Assembly (NCBI RefSeq): GCF_007748075.1
Contig: NZ_CP036280.1
Span: 1,650,001 to 1,682,000, forward strand
Length of the DNA: 32,000 nt
Direction: 5' to 3'
DNA from: Mucisphaera calidilacus
Lineage (GTDB): Bacteria; Planctomycetota; Phycisphaerae; Phycisphaerales; Phycisphaeraceae
The notes under the pieces were generated by a model. It was not told the origin of the DNA and ran no database searches. It saw only the letters and a list, made by a program, of their open reading frames with translations. The translations under genes were made by a program, and so were the position numbers. Every line of letters starts with the position of its first letter. Positions within the stretch are counted from its first letter, which is position 1. Of the stretch, positions 15,546-25,191 are shown one piece after another.

Positions 15546-18500
15546 TCAGCGCCGACGTCTTGAACCCCATCCGGCCATCAGCATAAAAACACCCGCCGTA
15601 GGCTCGGGGACAGAAGCAGTAAACCCAAATCGCGTCGCCAGAAGCGACAGATCCAGCAGGTTCACCAGCCCGTCGGCATTGAAGTCGCCCGCGCCATAAG
15701 ACGGCACCGCCTGACCGAAATTCGAGGCCAACGCACTCAGGTCAAGCAGGTCAACCCTGCGATCCAGATTGGCGTCACCGGTCATCGACCCGTAAATGGT
15801 TTCGATCCAATAGAGAACATCACCGCTGTCAACGATGCCGCTGCCGTCAAGGTCATAATCCGGGTCGCTGCCACCAAGGATCGCAAAGAGCAGGTCGAGG
15901 TCAACAGAGTCGAGCGTGCCCGAGGCATCGAAGTCACCTGCGACGGGTTCCTGGTAGGCAGTCACGGCGAGGACGAGTTGTTGGCCATCGATGGTGGTCT
16001 CGGTGAGCAGCTCGTAGCCGAGTCCGGGAGGAAAGTCATCGATGAGGACCAATGTCTCAACACCGGTCAGCGAGGAGGCATGCATGAAGGCGAATCGGTC
16101 GCCGATTTCAGGGAGATAGCCGTCAATCAGACGCAGGTCAATCATGCCGCCGGCGAAACTGACGCCTGCGTCGAAAAAGATCCGGTCAAAATCGACCGGA
16201 TCGATGCCGCCGATCTCGATCTCCAGCGTCGGGTTGGTAAGCGAGACAGGTTTCATGAAGCGGAGCACGCCGGGCGAATAGCCGGGTTTGAGGACGCCTT
16301 CGAGGCCGTAGAGCGTGGCGTCGATGGTGATCTCGCCCTCGATCGTCCCGCCGTCGAGCTCGATCTCGGGCGCGGTCAAAACGGGCGGCTGGTAGGCATC
16401 GGGTGGGATGGTCGTGTTGTTGTTGGGCAGCGCCGTGAGGTGACCGTTGTCGTAGACAGTGAGCTTCTGGTTGAGGGTCTTGTTCTCATTCAGGCTCAGA
16501 TAGGCTTCCTCGGCCTCTTCGACCAGTTCGTCACCGAGTTGCTGGAGCTTGCCAATGTCGCCGCCGGTGAAGCTTCCGCCCGCGATCCCGAGGATGTCCT
16601 GCGGGAAGGTCAGTGACGCTCCGGATGCAACCTCCCACTTGCCGCGGAGGATGACACCGTTGGCGAAGGTCAGGGGATCGGGTTGGGCGATGTAGAGCGA
16701 TCCCGATTCGACGAGGACGCGACCGTAGTTCCCGAACTCGAAACTGATGGTCGATCCGCCGGGTCCCGAGCGTGTGAGGATCCCGTCGTTATCGAACCAG
16801 GACTCGTTGGACCCGTTGGGCTGCGTCACGCTGGCGTTACCGGTCATCGTCCAGGTGCCTTCGTTCTGGATGAACCCGCCCTGCCCGCTGGTGGCATAGA
16901 TCGTCGCTCCCTGCTCGACGTCGGCGTCGTTGAGGATCTTGCCCGCGAGAACGTTGTTGCGACCGGGCTCGATGGTCATGAGGCCGATGTTGTGAAACAA
17001 CGAGTCAGCCGCGATGTCGATCTCGCCGCCGAGCCACTCGAATTTGCCCCGGTTGGTCGCGTCTCCGTCCACGATGTTGAGGTAGCCGCGGACAAAGCGG
17101 AAGGCTCCCTGGCCGCTGCCGCTGGCTGAACCGACGTTGAGATCGAGTTCGGTGTGTGACGTGAGCGTCGGGCCGTTCCCGTTGTTGCCCAGCGAGACGG
17201 TGCCGGCGCCGGTGAAGACGGTCGCCGACCCGGCGAACATATTGGAAAACGAGCCCGACCAGATATCGAGCAGCGCAGAAGCCGTGACGTCGAAGGTGCC
17301 ACCGAGCGTCCCACCATCGTTGAGGCGGAGGCTCCCGGTCTCGATCGCGGTGCTGCCGCCGCCATACTGCAGGAGCGTCGTGATCTGGAAGGGGGAACCC
17401 GGGCCGTCGCCATCCCGGACGAGGCTGCCGTTGTTGATGAGGCGGTCGATCCGGCCGGTGCCGTAGGCGTGGACTGTCCCCGTGTTCTCAAAGGTCATTC
17501 CGCTGCCGAGAGTCACGTTCGCCGTGCTGCGGATGTTCATCGTCCCGATGTTCTTGAGGTGGGCGTCAAGCCGCACGCCTCGGTCTGCTTCGAAGGTGCC
17601 CTCGTTGTGGACGTACCCCCCGCCCGTGAAGTGGGTTCCGTAGAAGGGTGTCGACATGTAGTCCCGGTTGACGAGTTGCGGATCGCTGCCGCTGACTGAT
17701 GAGAGTGCGACCCAGCGCGGCTGGAAGCCGACCTGGGTGGGGTCGTTCCTGTCGCCAGGGAGGTTGACCGTCAGAAGCCCGGAGACGCGTGTCGATGCGA
17801 GGAAGAAGTTGCCGTCGCCCTCGACGGTGACCGAACCGCTCACCCAGTGCTCGGTGGCGTTGGAACTCCGCATCGAGAAATCCGCCCCCTCGTCAACGCG
17901 GATGGTCCCCGACTGGAGGGTGGCGTCGCCGGAGAGTTCGAGGCCGCCACGGTCAATATTGATGATGCCGCTGGCGAGGTCAAACTTCCCGCCGATGGCC
18001 ATCTGCGTCGTGTCGCTGCCGGTGTCAACATTGACCATGCCGCCGTCGAGCCGGAAGGTGTTGGTCCCGCTGTTCTGATTGAGTGTGCCGGCGCCGAAAT
18101 TGACGGTGACGTTGTTGATGAAGTTGGCGGCGTAGCGTTCGCCGGGTGTGAAGTTGACGACGTCGTTGTTGATGAACTCGGCGTCGATGCCGTTGACGAC
18201 CGTGAAGGTTCCCTCGTTGAAATAGGTCCCGGTTCCGCGGAGTACAACTCCCGGGTTGGTGTTCGTACCCTGGAAGGTGAGCTGACTCATGGCGTGGAGG
18301 TCACCCAGCCCCCCGCCGCCGCTGGTAAGCCCCTTGATGGAGGAGGGGTCGGCGAGGATGAGGTCGCCGCTGATCTGAAGGCTTGGCGTGACGATGTGGG
18401 CGCTGCTGAGGTTGTAGAAGCCCAGCACCTTGGTGGCCCCGGAGTCCATGTTGATGATGACGCTGTCGCCCGAATCCGGGATCTCGTCGGTGTCCCAGTT

Positions 18501-18659
18501 GGTGGAGGTCCCGATCAGGCTGTCGCAGGAAGCGCCCCATAAATTGGTCGGGCTGGTCTCGCCACAATCGCCGTCCCAGGTGTGGGTCTCGGCAGACAGC
18601 AGCCCAGCAGCCGACAACAGACCGGCAACACCAAATAAGATCTTCAGATCGTATTTCAT
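15546..18659 (-). CDS. large secreted beta-helical repeat protein with C-terminal dockerin-like repeats and a PEP-CTERM sorting signal
   Basis: Signal peptide MKYDLKILFGVAGLLSAAGLLSAE. I place the start at ATG 18659, preceded by GAAGGTG, not at the ORF-track Met at 18707. About 850 aa are rich in G, T, N and S, with repeats of the autotransporter-associated beta-strand type (GGxLxxxG..., NxGTxxV...). Four Ca-binding dockerin-like segments follow, then VPEPTAGVFMLMAGWGSRRRR. Confidence 0.8.
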   Translation of the reverse strand: MKYDLKILFGVAGLLSAAGLLSAETHTWDGDCGETSPTNLWGASCDSLIGTSTNWDTDEIPDSGDSVIINMDSGATKVLGFYNLSSAHIVTPSLQISGDLILADPSSIKGLTSGGGGLGDLHAMSQLTFQGTNTNPGVVLRGTGTYFNEGTFTVVNGIDAEFINNDVVNFTPGERYAANFINNVTVNFGAGTLNQNSGTNTFRLDGGMVNVDTGSDTTQMAIGGKFDLASGIINIDRGGLELSGDATLQSGTIRVDEGADFSMRSSNATEHWVSGSVTVEGDGNFFLASTRVSGLLTVNLPGDRNDPTQVGFQPRWVALSSVSGSDPQLVNRDYMSTPFYGTHFTGGGYVHNEGTFEADRGVRLDAHLKNIGTMNIRSTANVTLGSGMTFENTGTVHAYGTGRIDRLINNGSLVRDGDGPGSPFQITTLLQYGGGSTAIETGSLRLNDGGTLGGTFDVTASALLDIWSGSFSNMFAGSATVFTGAGTVSLGNNGNGPTLTSHTELDLNVGSASGSGQGAFRFVRGYLNIVDGDATNRGKFEWLGGEIDIAADSLFHNIGLMTIEPGRNNVLAGKILNDADVEQGATIYATSGQGGFIQNEGTWTMTGNASVTQPNGSNESWFDNDGILTRSGPGGSTISFEFGNYGRVLVESGSLYIAQPDPLTFANGVILRGKWEVASGASLTFPQDILGIAGGSFTGGDIGKLQQLGDELVEEAEEAYLSLNENKTLNQKLTVYDNGHLTALPNNNTTIPPDAYQPPVLTAPEIELDGGTIEGEITIDATLYGLEGVLKPGYSPGVLRFMKPVSLTNPTLEIEIGGIDPVDFDRIFFDAGVSFAGGMIDLRLIDGYLPEIGDRFAFMHASSLTGVETLVLIDDFPPGLGYELLTETTIDGQQLVLAVTAYQEPVAGDFDASGTLDSVDLDLLFAILGGSDPDYDLDGSGIVDSGDVLYWIETIYGSMTGDANLDRRVDLLDLSALASNFGQAVPSYGAGDFNADGLVNLLDLSLLATRFGFTASVPEPTAGVFMLMAGWGSRRRR
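15549..15611 (-). other. PEP-CTERM sorting signal
   Basis: The last 21 aa are VPEP + TAGVFMLMAGWG (hydrophobic helix) + SRRRR (basic tail), ending at the stop codon. Confidence 0.8.
15612..15938 (-). other. dockerin type-I-like (EF-hand-like) repeat region of the PEP-CTERM protein
   Basis: GDFDASGTLDSVDLDLLFAIL, DLDGSGIVDSGDVLYWIETIYG, GDANLDRRVDLLDLSALASNFG, GDFNADGLVNLLDLSLLATRFG. Confidence 0.7.
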
Positions 18660-18787
18660 CACCTTCGCCCTTGTACGCACGAACAGCCCAGGCAAAGAAT
18701 AGCCCACGGATCGTCAATCGCCACACGATTCACGCGTGACGTTGCTCCGGTCATCGCACAGACGCTGGCCCGATCCCCTGCGGAGAC

Positions 18788-20467
18788 TCAGGCCCGATCG
18801 CTACGCCGGGCCCGATCCCGAATCGCCATGAGCCGCTTCATCAAGCCGCCAAGGTCGGCGGATCGATCGACCCCGCCGAAGCTGTCGTGGAGCGTCATAT
18901 ACAGCCCGAACAGTTCTTCGTAGACCGGCACGGCATCCCGGTCGGGGGAATAGAGCACGTCCTTGGTCCCCGTCATCGCTGCAACCGCCGCACCGGTATC
19001 CCGATGCGCGCCGCCAACAACCGCGCCAAAGACCGCGGCTCCGAGCGCACAAGCCTGCCCGGAACGCGCTATGCGGATCGGCAGGTTCAGGATGTCGGCG
19101 TAGATCTGCATCGCCATCGGATTCTTCTCGGCAATCCCCCCGCACATCGTCACACTCTCGATGCCGACGCCATAGTCCCGAATCCGCTGAATGATCGCAC
19201 GAGAGCCAAACGCCGTCGCCTCGATCAACGCACGGTAGATCTCCGCCGCCGTCGTGTGCAGCGACTGGCCCACAAGCAAACCCGACAGCCGCGGGTCCAC
19301 CAGCACGGTGCGGTTGCCGTTGTTCCAGTCCAGCGCGAGCAACCCTGATTCACCCGGCTTCAGCACCGCGGCCCGCTCGGTCAGGGCATCGTGGCCATCC
19401 CTGCCCAGGTTCTGGACGTACCAGTTAAACAGATCGCCCACCGCCGACTGCCCCGCCTCGATACCCAGAGCACCGGGCAGCACCGACTCGGGCACGATGC
19501 CGCAGACACCGGGTATGTCCGCGATCTGCTGATCCAGCGGGCTGGTCATGATGTCGCAGGTGCTGGTGCCGATGATCTTGACGATCGTGCCGGGCGCGAC
19601 ACCCGAGCCGACGGCGCCGTGATGAGCGTCGAAGGCACCGGTCGCCACCGGGATGCCCGCAGGCAGGCCGACCCGCTCCGCGATCTCGGCCCTCAGCGTG
19701 CCCGCCGACTCGCTCGAGGGCTGAGCCGAGGCCGCGTAGCGATCACGAAAGCGCGAAAGCCCCGGCGACAGCGCATCAAGAAACGCCGACGAGGGCAACC
19801 CACCCCAGCGCGCGTTGTACATCGCCTTGTGACCCGCGGCGCAGACACTCCGGGCCATGGTGTGCGGATCCGTGTTCCCCGTGAGATACCCCGGCACAAA
19901 GTCAGCACACTCCACCCAGGCGTAAGCCGCCTGTGCAACCTCAGGCGACGTGCGCTCGCAATGCAGAATCTTCGACCAGTACCACTCCGACGAATAAGTC
20001 CCGCCACACAACGCGAGGTAGGGCTCCTCGCGCTCCTGAGCCAACGCCGTGATCTCCGCAGCCTCGGCATGCGAGGTGTGGTCCTTCCAGAGCCAGCACT
20101 GGGCGGCCAGGTCGTCCTTGAACTCGGGATGCAGAGCAAGCGGCCTGCCCGCACGGTCCACAGGCAGCGGGCTCGATCCGGTGGTATCAACACCGATGCC
20201 GACCACACGCTCCGCCGAGAACGCGGGATCATCCCCCGCGAGCTTCACCGCCTCGCTCACGGATGCCACAAACCCGTCGATATAGTCCTGCGGATTCTGC
20301 CTGGCGAGGGTGGGATCCGAGGCATCAAGAAGGATGCCCGCCTCACCCGAGGGGTAGGCGAAAACCGACACCGCCAGTTCGTGACCCGTCGCTGTGTCCA
20401 CCACCAGCGCACGCACGCTGTTGGTGCCATAGTCAACACCTATGCTGTAAGCCTTTGTATCGGACAC
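18788..20467 (-). CDS. araB: L-ribulokinase (FGGY carbohydrate kinase family)
   Basis: Collinear blocks match my recollection of E. coli AraB: YSIGVDYGTNSVRALVVD, VVGIGVDTTGSSPLPVD, WLWKDHTSHAEAAEIT, GGTYSSEWYWSKILH, GHKAMYNARWGGLPS, VKIIGTSTCDIM, LGIEAGQSAVGD, LDWNNGNRT, EATAFGSRAI, GGIAEKNP, QACALGAAVFGAV. I place the start at GTG 20467, with AAGG 7 nt upstream. The 15 codons further upstream to 20512 are not AraB-like. Confidence 0.9.
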   Translation of the reverse strand: MSDTKAYSIGVDYGTNSVRALVVDTATGHELAVSVFAYPSGEAGILLDASDPTLARQNPQDYIDGFVASVSEAVKLAGDDPAFSAERVVGIGVDTTGSSPLPVDRAGRPLALHPEFKDDLAAQCWLWKDHTSHAEAAEITALAQEREEPYLALCGGTYSSEWYWSKILHCERTSPEVAQAAYAWVECADFVPGYLTGNTDPHTMARSVCAAGHKAMYNARWGGLPSSAFLDALSPGLSRFRDRYAASAQPSSESAGTLRAEIAERVGLPAGIPVATGAFDAHHGAVGSGVAPGTIVKIIGTSTCDIMTSPLDQQIADIPGVCGIVPESVLPGALGIEAGQSAVGDLFNWYVQNLGRDGHDALTERAAVLKPGESGLLALDWNNGNRTVLVDPRLSGLLVGQSLHTTAAEIYRALIEATAFGSRAIIQRIRDYGVGIESVTMCGGIAEKNPMAMQIYADILNLPIRIARSGQACALGAAVFGAVVGGAHRDTGAAVAAMTGTKDVLYSPDRDAVPVYEELFGLYMTLHDSFGGVDRSADLGGLMKRLMAIRDRARRSDRA

Positions 20468-20680
20468 GTTTAGACCTTGCTCAGATCGAGGGATAATCAG
20501 CCTGAACCGCAACCGCTTTGCCGCTCATCACTGCAGCATAACGGCACCCACACCCTCGCTTCCAGAGACAACCCCGAGCCCGCGATCGGCATCTAACGCC
20601 AATCCCAACACGCGACCACCTCCAAACCTCAGACCCGTCACCCGGCAGCACCGAACTGCCTTCCAACAGCGGCTCAACGC

Positions 20681-20709
20681 TTGCAAAGGGCGATGTGTGC
20701 GGTTACATT
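20681..20709 (+). promoter_or_regulatory. candidate sigma70-type promoter for the sulfatase/beta-helix/transporter operon
   Basis: TTGCAA (20681-20686), a 17-nt spacer, then TACATT (20704-20709), about 80 nt upstream of ATG 20790. Each hexamer matches its consensus at 4 of 6 positions. This is pattern-based only. Confidence 0.3.
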
Positions 20710-20789
20710 GTGGGCGTGACGCTCGGTATACCCGGCGGCACGACGCTTCTCGTTCGCCTCGCAACGCTTCACCCCCATAACGGTCTGAC

Positions 20790-22328
20790 ATGCTTTCCGC
20801 CAAGCTCTACCCCTGGCCTAGAACGCGGTTCAATCTGCGGTCCGCCGTTGCTTCTGCACTCGTCTCCCTCGGCTTGTCACCCGAACTGGTCGCCCAACCC
20901 ACCACTACCCCGACATCCAGACCCCACGTCGTGATGATCGCCATCGACGACCTCAACGACTGGGCCGGCCCGCTTGGCGGACACCCGCAGGGCGGCACCG
21001 CTACCCCGCACCTCAATGAACTCGCCCGCACGTCGGTCACCTTCACCAACGCCCACTGCGCAGCGCCCTCGTGCAACCCCTCACGCTCGTCGCTGATGAC
21101 GGGGCTGCGACCCTCAACGACGGGGATCTACTTCAACGGCAAGGCACAGCACATGGAGACGCTGCTGCCCAAAAACCGCAACACGCTGCCCAAACACTTC
21201 AAGCGCCATGGTTACCACACCGTCGGCGTCGGAAAACTGTTCCACACGGCGCAGGCCCACCAGCCCGAAGACTGGGACGTCTTTCACCGCGGCCAAGGCG
21301 AACCCAAACCACCCGGCGCGCCACTCGGCACCGCCGCTCATAACAACTTCGACTACGGCGTCTACGAGCCGGGCCGAACCCTCGACCAGACGATGGACGG
21401 GCAAACCGCCTCGGCAGGCCTCCGGTCGCTGCTGGAATACCAAGGCGACACGCCGCTCTTCCTGGGCGTGGGCATCTACCGACCACACCTGCCCTGGTAC
21501 GCCTTTGCCGCCGACTACGACCGCTTCCCGCTAACCGGCATCCGGCTGCCCCTGACGCCACCCGACGGCCCGCTGTCAGACTTGGACGACATCCCGCCCT
21601 TCGGCCGCGTCATGGCGGTCACCCTCTCGAATACGGGTGTCCAACGGCCAGGCGATCACCTGCGTGGCATCACCGGCTACGACCACCAGCGGATCACCGC
21701 CGAAGACGAGTGGCGAGCCGCGGTGCGTGCCTATCTGGCCTCGATCGCGTTCGCTGACCGAATGGCCGGCAGCGTGCTCCAGGCGCTCCGGGAACGGGAC
21801 GAGCACGGCGAGTACGTCAACGCGGTGAACTGGGGCAACACGATCGTCGTCGTGTGGAGCGATCACGGCTGGCACCTCGGCGAGAAAACCGCCTGGCGAA
21901 AATTCACACTCTGGGAGGACGTCACCCGGGTACCCATGTGGTGGCACGTGCCCGGAGTAACGGAGCCCGGAACATCCTGCAACGCTCCGGTCAGCCTGAT
22001 CGATGTCTTCCCAACACTGATCGAGGTTGCCGCTCTTCCCGAGGTCCAGAGCACAGGCATCGAAGGCGCGCAGCGGCTCGAAGGACGCTCGCTCCACCCC
22101 CTCCTCGCCGACGTCAACACGCCATGGCCGCACGTGGCGATCACCGAGAACGGCCCCGGTCACACCGCGGTGCGCGGGGCACGATACCGGTACATCCGCT
22201 ACGCCGACGGCAGCGAAGAACTCTACGACCACGAGCTTGACCCGCACGAGTGGCGGAATCGCGCCGACGATCCGACTTACGCCACACACCGCGAACGACT
22301 CGCGCGACAGATCCCCACGCTGAAATGA
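20790..22328 (+). CDS. S1-family sulfatase, Cys-type, Sec-type signal peptide
   Basis: The N-terminal hydrophobic segment LRSAVASALVSLGLSPELVAQ is followed by VVMIAIDDLNDW and NAHCAAPSCNPSRSSLMTGLRP (CNPSR at 21072-21086), then YRPHLPW and VVVWSDHGWHLGEK. Confidence 0.9.
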   Translation: MLSAKLYPWPRTRFNLRSAVASALVSLGLSPELVAQPTTTPTSRPHVVMIAIDDLNDWAGPLGGHPQGGTATPHLNELARTSVTFTNAHCAAPSCNPSRSSLMTGLRPSTTGIYFNGKAQHMETLLPKNRNTLPKHFKRHGYHTVGVGKLFHTAQAHQPEDWDVFHRGQGEPKPPGAPLGTAAHNNFDYGVYEPGRTLDQTMDGQTASAGLRSLLEYQGDTPLFLGVGIYRPHLPWYAFAADYDRFPLTGIRLPLTPPDGPLSDLDDIPPFGRVMAVTLSNTGVQRPGDHLRGITGYDHQRITAEDEWRAAVRAYLASIAFADRMAGSVLQALRERDEHGEYVNAVNWGNTIVVVWSDHGWHLGEKTAWRKFTLWEDVTRVPMWWHVPGVTEPGTSCNAPVSLIDVFPTLIEVAALPEVQSTGIEGAQRLEGRSLHPLLADVNTPWPHVAITENGPGHTAVRGARYRYIRYADGSEELYDHELDPHEWRNRADDPTYATHRERLARQIPTLK

Positions 22329-23893
22329 CGCAGGAACCCGGACTCATGCCCCATCCATCCAGCCATCCTGCCAAGCTCAGCCGACGACGCTTCACACAAT
22401 CCGCTGCCGCGACCCTGGCCAGCGGGCTGCTCTGGCCACTCGACAGCGCGCAAGCACTGGCACGCCGCCCCGCCGGACCGCAACGCCGTGTGAAGAACGT
22501 GCTGATGCTCGCCGTAGACGATCTCAGACCCGAACTGGGATGCTACGGCAAGCGGCACATCCACTCGCCCCGCATCGATCGTTTCGCGGCCTCAGCGACA
22601 CGCTTTGATCGGGCCTACTGCCAGTTTCCGCAGTGCGGACCCAGCCGCTGCTCACTGTTTGCCGGTGTCCGACCGGAGACCGCCCGACAGGCGGACGGAC
22701 CGGTCACACACATCGACCGCAACGCGATGTATCGCGAACTCGCCACCCTCCCCGCACACCTGACCGCACAGGGGTACCGCACCGCCTGCTTCGGCAAGCT
22801 CTACCACCACCCCGCAGACGACACGAAGTCGTGGACGGACCCGCACCCCGACGATCGCGAGGCCCTGGCGCCCATCTGGGGATACCCCGGCTACGGGCTG
22901 GCTTCCAACGTCGAACACACAGCAAGAATCCGACGGGAGAGACGGGCGGCCGGCCAGCAAGGTTACTTTAACGGCCCCTCGGTCGAAGCGGCCGACCTGC
23001 CCGACGACGCGTACTACGACGGCATCACCACGAACCGGACCGTCGCCATGCTTCGAGACATGGCGAGCGACGCCGAACGGCCCTTCTTCCTGGCCGCGGG
23101 CTGGTACAAGCCGCACCTGGCCTTCTGCGCCCCGAAGCGTTACTGGGACCTCTACGACCGGGACGCCATCGAACCGGCCACCAACAACGAGCATCCGGGT
23201 GGCGCTCCGGGAGCGGCCATCAACCCCTGGGCGATGAACGAACTGCGGGGCTACAGCGACATCCCCGACGAGGGACCGCTCTCCGAGGCCAAGCAACGCG
23301 AACTCATCCACGGGTACTACGCCTGCGTGAGCTTCATCGACGCTCAGATCGGACGCGTCCTCGACGCCCTGGACTCCCTCGGGCTGGCCGATGACACCGT
23401 TGTCCTGCTCTGGGGAGACCACGGGTTCCACCTCGGCGAGAACGGCCACTGGACCAAGAACATCAACTGGGAGCTGTCGCACCACAGCCCGCTGCTGATC
23501 CGCACGCCCGACCTGCGCGACGGCCAGAGCACGCGGGGACTGACCGAGTTCGTCGATATCTACCCCACCATCGTGGAGGCCTGTGGACTGCCGCAGCCCG
23601 CACACGAACTGGAGGGTCAGAGCCTTCTGCCCCTGATGCAGCGGCCCGATCGGGCGTGGAAGTCGGCGGCCTTCACGCTGTTCGCCAACAACCTCTCCAT
23701 GCGCACCGACTGCTACCGGTACACGCCCTACGCCGACCGGAATGGCGACCCCGCCGGCGTGGAACTCTACGACCTCGATCACGATCCCGGCGCAAACGTG
23801 AACGTCGCGAACCAGCCGCAATACCAATCCATCAGAAAGCAACTGGCCGCGCAACACGCAGCGGGCTGGCGCGCGGCACGAGCGGAGTTGTGA
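22325..23893 (+). CDS. S1-family sulfatase, Cys-type, Tat signal peptide, iduronate-2-sulfatase-like
   Basis: I place the start at ATG 22325, which overlaps the upstream TGA stop (ATGA). This gives MTQEPGLMPHPSSHPAKLSRRRFTQSAAATLASGLL (Tat motif S-R-R-R-F). Core blocks: VLMLAVDDLRP, YCQFPQCGPSRCSLFAGVRP (CGPSR at 22634-22648), YKPHLAF, VVLLWGDHGFHLGE. Confidence 0.9.
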   Translation: MTQEPGLMPHPSSHPAKLSRRRFTQSAAATLASGLLWPLDSAQALARRPAGPQRRVKNVLMLAVDDLRPELGCYGKRHIHSPRIDRFAASATRFDRAYCQFPQCGPSRCSLFAGVRPETARQADGPVTHIDRNAMYRELATLPAHLTAQGYRTACFGKLYHHPADDTKSWTDPHPDDREALAPIWGYPGYGLASNVEHTARIRRERRAAGQQGYFNGPSVEAADLPDDAYYDGITTNRTVAMLRDMASDAERPFFLAAGWYKPHLAFCAPKRYWDLYDRDAIEPATNNEHPGGAPGAAINPWAMNELRGYSDIPDEGPLSEAKQRELIHGYYACVSFIDAQIGRVLDALDSLGLADDTVVLLWGDHGFHLGENGHWTKNINWELSHHSPLLIRTPDLRDGQSTRGLTEFVDIYPTIVEACGLPQPAHELEGQSLLPLMQRPDRAWKSAAFTLFANNLSMRTDCYRYTPYADRNGDPAGVELYDLDHDPGANVNVANQPQYQSIRKQLAAQHAAGWRAARAEL

Positions 23894-25191
23894 TGACAAC
23901 GACACAAAACGGCCTGCTCCAGGATTACGCCGTCGCCCGGATGGCTGATGACGAGATGTACGCCTTGATCGGCGCACTCGACGGCTCGGAACACGCACGC
24001 GGGCGTGACGCCGCCGCCGTGATCCAGGAGGCGGTCGATCGGCTGGCACCGAGTGGCGGCGCCGTGCGTGTCGGACCGGGCTGGTTCACACTCGACCGAC
24101 CGATCCGGCTCGGGAACGGCATCACACTCGCGGGAAGCGGACGAGCGACGGTCCTCGAACTGAGCGAATCAAACGCCGCGAACGACGGCCTGCTGATCGC
24201 GGCCGAGGGCGTCGACGGCGTGACCGTCGCTGACCTGCAACTCCGCGGACGCCCATCCTCAGACACCAGCGCGGGGCTGCACCTCACAACAGCGGGAACA
24301 TCGACCGTCCGCGACGTCGTGGCCCGAGGGTTCAGCGGATTCGGTGTCGCCATCGAACGATGCATCATGTCGACCGTCAGCAACGTCACCACCATGGAAA
24401 ACGGCAAGGCCGGCCTGCTGATCAAGGGATACGACCACGACCGCGGCGGGAAGTTCGTGCCCAACAATGTCCGGGGCTGCCTGAGCTACGCCGACGCCGG
24501 CGACGGCATCTTCCTCGATCAGGCGATCTGCCAGAACGTTGTGGGCTGCACCGTCTACCTCTCGGGACGGCATGGCATCCACCTCGACGACGGAACCAGC
24601 AACCTCATCAACGGCTGCCGGGTCTTCATGTCGGGCGGGAACGGCGTGATGAACACACACACCTACGAGATGAACATCTCTGGCAACATCATCGGCTGGA
24701 ACAAGGGCCACAACCTCGAAATGAATCACTGCGTCTGGGCCACCGTCTCCGCGAACGAGTTCATCGACGCCGGCGGACGCGGCAGCCCTCATCACGGCAT
24801 CTATCTTCACAACGGCTGCAAGGCAGTCCAGATCAGCGGCAACTGCATCTTCAACTGGTGGGACAACCAGATCATGCGCTGCGGCATCTACGAATCCGAA
24901 GACTGCCGCGAGAATCAATTCACCGACAACACCATCAACTACTACAAAGAGCAGGCTGTGCTCCGCCGGGGCGAGGATTCGGAATCGGCCCACAACCTGG
25001 AACTGCCCCATCCGTACGGCCCGCCGACGCCCTACGGCCCGCCCTTCTGCGAACCGGGCATGGAGGGAATCCCTGACCCCCGAGTCCGCAACCCCTCGCC
25101 CGACGAGATCCGACTCATCCTCAGCATCGAGGACGCCAGAGCCATCACCGACCGCTACCTCAACGAGACCCGCTCTCGGAAAGATCAATAA
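23893..25191 (+). CDS. right-handed parallel beta-helix (PbH1) repeat protein, pectate-lyase-superfamily-like, no signal peptide
   Basis: The ATG at 23893 overlaps the upstream stop (TGATG). The N-terminal block AVIQEAVDRLAPSGGAVRVGPGWFTLDRPIRLGNGITLAGSG resembles the Pectate_lyase_3 type. Repeated beta-helix coils follow: NVVGCTVYLSGRHGIHLDDGTSNLINGCRVFMSGGNGVMN...ISGNIIGWNKGHNLEM...VSANEFIDAGG. The 79 codons upstream in the ORF track are Arg/Pro-rich and overlap the sulfatase. Confidence 0.7.
   Translation: MTTTQNGLLQDYAVARMADDEMYALIGALDGSEHARGRDAAAVIQEAVDRLAPSGGAVRVGPGWFTLDRPIRLGNGITLAGSGRATVLELSESNAANDGLLIAAEGVDGVTVADLQLRGRPSSDTSAGLHLTTAGTSTVRDVVARGFSGFGVAIERCIMSTVSNVTTMENGKAGLLIKGYDHDRGGKFVPNNVRGCLSYADAGDGIFLDQAICQNVVGCTVYLSGRHGIHLDDGTSNLINGCRVFMSGGNGVMNTHTYEMNISGNIIGWNKGHNLEMNHCVWATVSANEFIDAGGRGSPHHGIYLHNGCKAVQISGNCIFNWWDNQIMRCGIYESEDCRENQFTDNTINYYKEQAVLRRGEDSESAHNLELPHPYGPPTPYGPPFCEPGMEGIPDPRVRNPSPDEIRLILSIEDARAITDRYLNETRSRKDQ

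Noticed and set aside
18730-18739. Perfect 10-bp palindrome TCACGCGTGA upstream of the PEP-CTERM protein gene
   Set aside because: It is a single copy, and 10-bp palindromes are expected dozens of times by chance in 32 kb. No second site or partner regulator is visible.
23656-23892. N-terminal extensions offered by the ORF track. The same applies to 22250..22324, 20468..20512, 18660..18707, 27288..27311, 31701..31808 and 4493..4513.
   Set aside because: The extensions overlap the upstream gene or are Arg/Pro-rich and unlike the protein family. Internal starts give canonical signal peptides or family N-termini. Those starts also have Shine-Dalgarno-like sequences or stop/start overlaps.
22652-24049. 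465-aa minus-strand ORF. The same reasoning applies to 24259..25278, 19391..20473, 29949..31172, 1339..2247, 13138..13923, 10443..11219, 9670..10467 and 25256..26227.
   Set aside because: All lie antisense to, or out of frame within, genes that carry clear family signatures. Their translations are low-complexity and rich in R, P, G and A. None has a plausible ribosome-binding site or domain motif.
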